A DNA stretch of 64,000 bases from Minutocellus sp. GHC0000111 (lineage: Eukaryota). The notes under the pieces were generated by a model. The model was not told where the DNA came from, ran no database searches, and worked only from the letters and a program-made list of their open reading frames with translations. Positions within the stretch are counted from its first letter, which is position 1, and every line of letters begins with the position of its first letter. Positions 59,508 through 64,000 of this stretch are shown piece after piece. The stretch is from positions 2,108,001 to 2,172,000 of the forward strand of contig OZ361261.1 of assembly GCA_977018835.1 (NCBI GenBank), in the 5' to 3' direction. The translations under genes were made by a program, and so were the position numbers.

Positions 59508-61454
59508 CTACCACTCGTATCCATGCTTTCGTCGTTCAATATATGACAGATACTCTGGCTGGATGGCTGGGCCGGCATAGTCAGCCTTTCTCCCAGCTAG
59601 AATCATTCTCCACTTGCGGTCACATTCATAAAGATCCAGGGTAGATGTTTCGGGTATTGTCAGAAAGGTAATTAATGCTGCCGCAAAGCTAAAATATCCA
59701 GATATCAAAAAGAGATGCATCTCATCCACGTAGCTGAAAAGCATTGCAGCTATGAGCGCCCCAACCTTTCCAGAAGCAGCTGATATTCCATGGCACATGG
59801 TTCTACATTCCGTGGGAAAGACCTCGGCAGGAATGAGGAATGTAGTGGCGTTTGGACCGCATTGACCAAAGAATGAAGACAGAAAATACAGAATAACCAA
59901 CGATGGCGTCGATATTGAATCCCTGAGGAAACCGCAGCAGACAAAGAGAGCGCCCGTTATGGAGAAACCGTATGTTTGCAGTTTGAATCTCCCAACCGAT
60001 GGCTTGTCCACAATAAATGCAGCGGCAAAGTATCCCGCAAGAGCGACGAGGGCATTGAGCGTCGCTGCACCAGTCAGCTGGAAGAGAGTCACGTCGTTGT
60101 CCCCAAAGAGAGCCACCAAGAAGGATGACTGAAACAGCTTATTGCCGTAGAAAGCAACATCCCACAACAACCACGAAAGCGAAGTTCCTAGCAACCTATA
60201 ACCATAGTTGCGCAACAGTAGATAGTTTGCAGAGCTATTGCGATCGTCCTCACTGGTCGTGGAAGGCATATGCGGGAGTGTTTGCCGACCATAATCGGCA
60301 AAGGTCGAACTAGTACCGCTTGGCATGCTCAGAGAGCTCAGGATTTGCTGTCCCAGCGCTGCATCTAGAGAATTACCACTGGGCGACAATGGGGATACAC
60401 CGGCGTTGTGTCGGTGGTGCACATCGCTATTGATGGAAATGTCGTCCTCTCGCATCTCCTTATCCGAGGCCCAAACCTGACTCTCTTCAAGGTACAGAAT
60501 TCGTGTGACGAGAACATAGGACATAACAACGGCACCAACAGCGTATGTAATTTGCCATATAGCCAAAAGCATCTGTGAATTGTACTGATTGCCAACTTGG
60601 TTTGTGATCAAGAGCAAAGCCGTTATGGTCATGGCGTTGCAAAAGACTCCGACTCCTTGCATCGAAAATACCAAAAGAACATCCTTTCCTCGACCAAAAT
60701 TTGTGGCCGAAGCGCCCTCTGTACATTCGTTGTTGCAGTTTTCATTCTCTCGAGATATTCTTGTTTTCAACTCAGTCATGGCCTTTTCGTTGGCGCTGGC
60801 TGCACTCAGTGGGCATTCCCCTCCCACTCCAATGCCAAATACAAATAACAATATCGCCATTGATCCAAACAAAAACGATGGGTTGTCACTCAGAAGCATG
60901 CTGCAGACCGACATGCCGACGGCACCGAACGTCATGAGCGTTGCCGTCACGATGCTACCAGCCCGCCGGCCGATTTGGTTGGCAATGGTGCCCAGCACAA
61001 TCATTCCAATAATGACACCGACGACCAACGTCAGTGTGATGGAGTTGAGCAGAGCGGTGCTGCACACATCGCCGTCGTCGCCAGCCCAGCAGTCTTGATA
61101 CAGCATCTCCCATACCGGTTTGAGCGTCCCGACGGAGAAGAGCAGGTAGCTCTCCCCGAACAGTCCCATGCCGGGCCAGGCCGAGTTTTGGAACCAATGT
61201 CGGATGGAGGACGTGCATCCATCACAGCATTGGCTGCAGGCCAAGTATTGTTGGTAGGTGTATTTGTAGTCTTTTTGTGTCTTGTTGTCGGCAATGACAG
61301 CTACAGAGGATTCATATTCAAATGGTTCTGCAGTCGTTGGGTGGGTATCTTCGATTGGTCTGGGTGGTATGTATGTGCCGCCGTTCAATGCATCGCCGTC
61401 TCTTGTTGGTTGTTTGGGGTGGTCGACATGTGTTGTGTTTGCGTTGTTCGTCAT
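59508..61454 (-). CDS. MFS phosphate:H+ symporter family (Pho84/PHT1-like) transporter
   Basis: GIGVGGECPLSA, FSMQGVG, WLLWDVAFYG, GPNATTFLIPAEVFPT and HGISAASGKVGA; about 12 TM segments. Confidence 0.85.
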   Translation of the reverse strand: MTNNANTTHVDHPKQPTRDGDALNGGTYIPPRPIEDTHPTTAEPFEYESSVAVIADNKTQKDYKYTYQQYLACSQCCDGCTSSIRHWFQNSAWPGMGLFGESYLLFSVGTLKPVWEMLYQDCWAGDDGDVCSTALLNSITLTLVVGVIIGMIVLGTIANQIGRRAGSIVTATLMTFGAVGMSVCSMLLSDNPSFLFGSMAILLFVFGIGVGGECPLSAASANEKAMTELKTRISRENENCNNECTEGASATNFGRGKDVLLVFSMQGVGVFCNAMTITALLLITNQVGNQYNSQMLLAIWQITYAVGAVVMSYVLVTRILYLEESQVWASDKEMREDDISINSDVHHRHNAGVSPLSPSGNSLDAALGQQILSSLSMPSGTSSTFADYGRQTLPHMPSTTSEDDRNSSANYLLLRNYGYRLLGTSLSWLLWDVAFYGNKLFQSSFLVALFGDNDVTLFQLTGAATLNALVALAGYFAAAFIVDKPSVGRFKLQTYGFSITGALFVCCGFLRDSISTPSLVILYFLSSFFGQCGPNATTFLIPAEVFPTECRTMCHGISAASGKVGALIAAMLFSYVDEMHLFLISGYFSFAAALITFLTIPETSTLDLYECDRKWRMILAGRKADYAGPAIQPEYLSYIERRKHGYEW

Positions 61455-61939
61455 TTTGAGTCGAGTGATTTCCTAAACTATAACATTTGTTATCAATGCC
61501 GTGAGCATGTATTAGCAGTTTCGCACTTGACAAGTCGTCTGGGGTTATTTTCGCTTGGACACTCGCGGCAACAGCGGTGGAACCGGTGGGTGATCATGGT
61601 GTGGGCGGAAAATGGCGTTTTTCAAGGCCATCCCCTTGTTTTTCGGCCGTTTCCCGGGAAATGAGCTCAATTCCCTCTATTCCCGGTGCGAGCCGGCCGC
61701 GCCCGTAAACCATGATTTGGACACGCGACGGGAGGTTAAGGATCGCGCCCCGACCCCTCCAACCTGAACGATACTGCCAAAGCGTTGGCAGAGCACCCAG
61801 GCAACAACCCAAGACGACCGTTTGAATGCCGTGGTTTGTTTCGCCGCAGCTTCTTCATTTTTGACTCGAAGTGGGGCGTCGAAATTCAACGGAGAGAGAA
61901 AATACCGACCTGAGAAATCACACTTGAGCAACAAAAACA

Positions 61940-64000
61940 ATGGACCTCTCAACCGACGAAAGAGACCAGCCCGATGAGATTGAGGCTGGCCCAAGGCCCG
62001 AGGAGTCAGAGCTAGAGGACCTCAATCTACTCGATGATGACTTCGCCAACGATGGAGAGGAGGGAGATGTCCTCGGGTCGCTTCCTCAGCTCCAAATGAT
62101 TCCCAGCACACTCTCAACGCAGAATGCCGAATACGCCCTCACGATTCCCATGTCGGTCTCGTCCATGTCCTTCTCCATCTCGCCCTCCATGAGCTCCACG
62201 ATGTCCTTCTCTGCGTACACCTCGCCATCGTTCATCGATCAGGAGTATTCCTCAAAACGCATTTCCGCTTTCGATAATGTTCTATCGGACGATGCATCCG
62301 ATGCGGACGTTGAGGACTACTCCGCCTACCTTAGTTTGTATTCAGCTTACACGGACTATACCGGTTATACCGCCAATACCGCCAACACAAACGCTACTGA
62401 CTTCAGCACTCTGTCCAACTCATCGATGATGTCAACGCAGCTCGTGCCGAGCACTGCCAGCTGTGGCCCTATGTCATGCTTCGAGGCAGATGGCGACGAG
62501 GAAGAAGAAATGCATATGGAAGAACAAGAAGAGGCTGAAGAGACGGCATGTGTGCCTGTCGAGCCAGTGGTCGAACCACCGGTTGAGAACGGAGATGCAC
62601 AAACAAACGAAGAAGAAGACGCTGAGAAGTCTGCTTCGAATGAAGAGTCGACGTTTGGTTGCTTCTCCGACATGTCGTGGCTACAATGCCCGCTCTTCAA
62701 CACAACGCCTGAAGAGCAAAGTCATGATATCGCCATCAACAATGCCATCGTCATCAGAAATTCGAACAACCTTTTCGTTCCATCTGTATTGTCGGCACAG
62801 AGGCGCATGGGCCGCGAAGATCTTCTCCGATTGGCGATAGCTACAATTCTCAAACTGGTTGCAGAGCATAGTGCTTCTGCGAGGGAATCTGCTCCAAGTA
62901 CAAGTACGAGCCTCGCAAGGAAGGCTTGCAGTGACGTCGTCGTGTACCAACCTTCATCTACTTCAGCTCCTCGAATTCCAGTTGCTTCAACTACTACTGC
63001 GTCTCAGGATGTTCCACCTTCTCAAGCCCCCCGTGACGCGCCCAGCTCTGGACCGTGTGAGCAGTTGACTCAAGTCCCATGCATTCCGGATGCGACATCG
63101 ATAGCTTCATCTCCCGAAACGTCCCCAGTACTAGTAGCGTCGAGCTCAGAATCTACGTTGGTATCTTTGGGTGCCGATGCCACTGAATGTTATGATGAGA
63201 AAACAGCAGCAAGGTCCGAGAACCTTGCGGATAGCAAAAGGCTAGAAGTAGACCAAGAAACCGTTTGTTCCGAACGCCAGAGTATGCCAACGATGTCTGG
63301 AGGTGCTTCCTTCCCTATAGATACATGTATGCTGCTCAGTTCGGCAGATCTTGCCACCGGCGTTATGCTCGAACTCGAGGCGAATGGATTGTTCCTCAAT
63401 GCCGCCGATAAGTTCAACGCCATGGATGAAGAGGCCCAGGTTCGCTTCATTAATCGCAACAATCATTCACTCCTCGGTCCTTCTCAACCTTTACCCGAAA
63501 CAAAATCCCGCGAAGGAGAAGAAGAAGTTGAACCTGAATTACCGAAGGAGATTGACTCTAAAACATCAACGAGTAAACAAGTCATCACTGGAGCGACCTC
63601 TGGCCGAGAGAGGGAGGAAGCTTTTTTTCAAGCGCTGCTGCTGCTGGTATCGTCATCGATTAGCAATGCCCTCGAGGAGATCTCGGGTTATTTCAATACT
63701 TCATATGCTGCTGCCACAGAGGAATCAGTTGAAAGAATGGCTGCTGTGACAGCACCCAAAGCCGTGGCCAAAATTATCGAAGAAGATATTATGGAACAGT
63801 TGGAGACTTCATCAGTCATTGACGAGATCCCTGCTATAGAGAAGATGGCTGCTGTTCCTGTAAAAGAAGAAGGTGTGGAATTTTCGGTTGAGCAGCACAA
63901 AGCTCTTCGTCAATCCGAGACCCTCTTTGATGCAGGTATTTCTTTCACCTTGTCGAGGTACTTGCAGGCAGTGAAGAAAGCAAAGGCGCATTTTGCCATC
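61940..64000 (+). CDS. Partial acidic, S/E-rich hypothetical protein running off the window end
   Basis: ATG at 61940 (MDLSTDERDQPDEIE...) with coding-like composition. Its absence from the ORF track fits having no stop in the window; frame continuity was not fully checked. Confidence 0.5.
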   Translation, partial: MDLSTDERDQPDEIEAGPRPEESELEDLNLLDDDFANDGEEGDVLGSLPQLQMIPSTLSTQNAEYALTIPMSVSSMSFSISPSMSSTMSFSAYTSPSFIDQEYSSKRISAFDNVLSDDASDADVEDYSAYLSLYSAYTDYTGYTANTANTNATDFSTLSNSSMMSTQLVPSTASCGPMSCFEADGDEEEEMHMEEQEEAEETACVPVEPVVEPPVENGDAQTNEEEDAEKSASNEESTFGCFSDMSWLQCPLFNTTPEEQSHDIAINNAIVIRNSNNLFVPSVLSAQRRMGREDLLRLAIATILKLVAEHSASARESAPSTSTSLARKACSDVVVYQPSSTSAPRIPVASTTTASQDVPPSQAPRDAPSSGPCEQLTQVPCIPDATSIASSPETSPVLVASSSESTLVSLGADATECYDEKTAARSENLADSKRLEVDQETVCSERQSMPTMSGGASFPIDTCMLLSSADLATGVMLELEANGLFLNAADKFNAMDEEAQVRFINRNNHSLLGPSQPLPETKSREGEEEVEPELPKEIDSKTSTSKQVITGATSGREREEAFFQALLLLVSSSISNALEEISGYFNTSYAAATEESVERMAAVTAPKAVAKIIEEDIMEQLETSSVIDEIPAIEKMAAVPVKEEGVEFSVEQHKALRQSETLFDAGISFTLSRYLQAVKKAKAHFAI

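Noticed and set aside
1..64000. rRNA, tRNA, CRISPR arrays, LTR/RT elements
   Set aside because: None recognised by eye; a tRNAscan/Rfam run would be needed to exclude small RNAs.

Overview
Intron-containing eukaryotic DNA. It is most likely a diatom-like stramenopile: short GT-AG introns, dense divergent gene pairs and a plastid-type bipartite leader. It carries ordinary nuclear genes: WD40 protein, IAH1-like SGNH esterase, beta-helix protein, CSN2, Nup205, a two-pore K+ channel, a copper-radical oxidase, TPR/SET, MBD-like, a GPI-type tandem solute-binding protein, PPR, ArfGAP, MYND and a Pho84-like transporter. Three things stand out. (1) A near-identical 9,615-bp tandem duplication (31197-40812 / 40812-50427). 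(2) Inside each copy sits a 3,657-bp TA-flanked Tc1/mariner-superfamily transposon with ~48-bp TIRs and two convergent ORFs: a DD38D catalytic protein with no visible paired-HTH N-terminus, and a second protein ending in an HTH-like motif. This is a candidate two-component mariner-like element. (3) TA-NN-TA(-NN-TA) motifs that look like excision footprints, one of which frameshifts CSN2. Many other genes carry frameshifts or stops, which could reflect a decaying haplotype or consensus errors. All protein calls are by visual motif recognition only; no searches were run.
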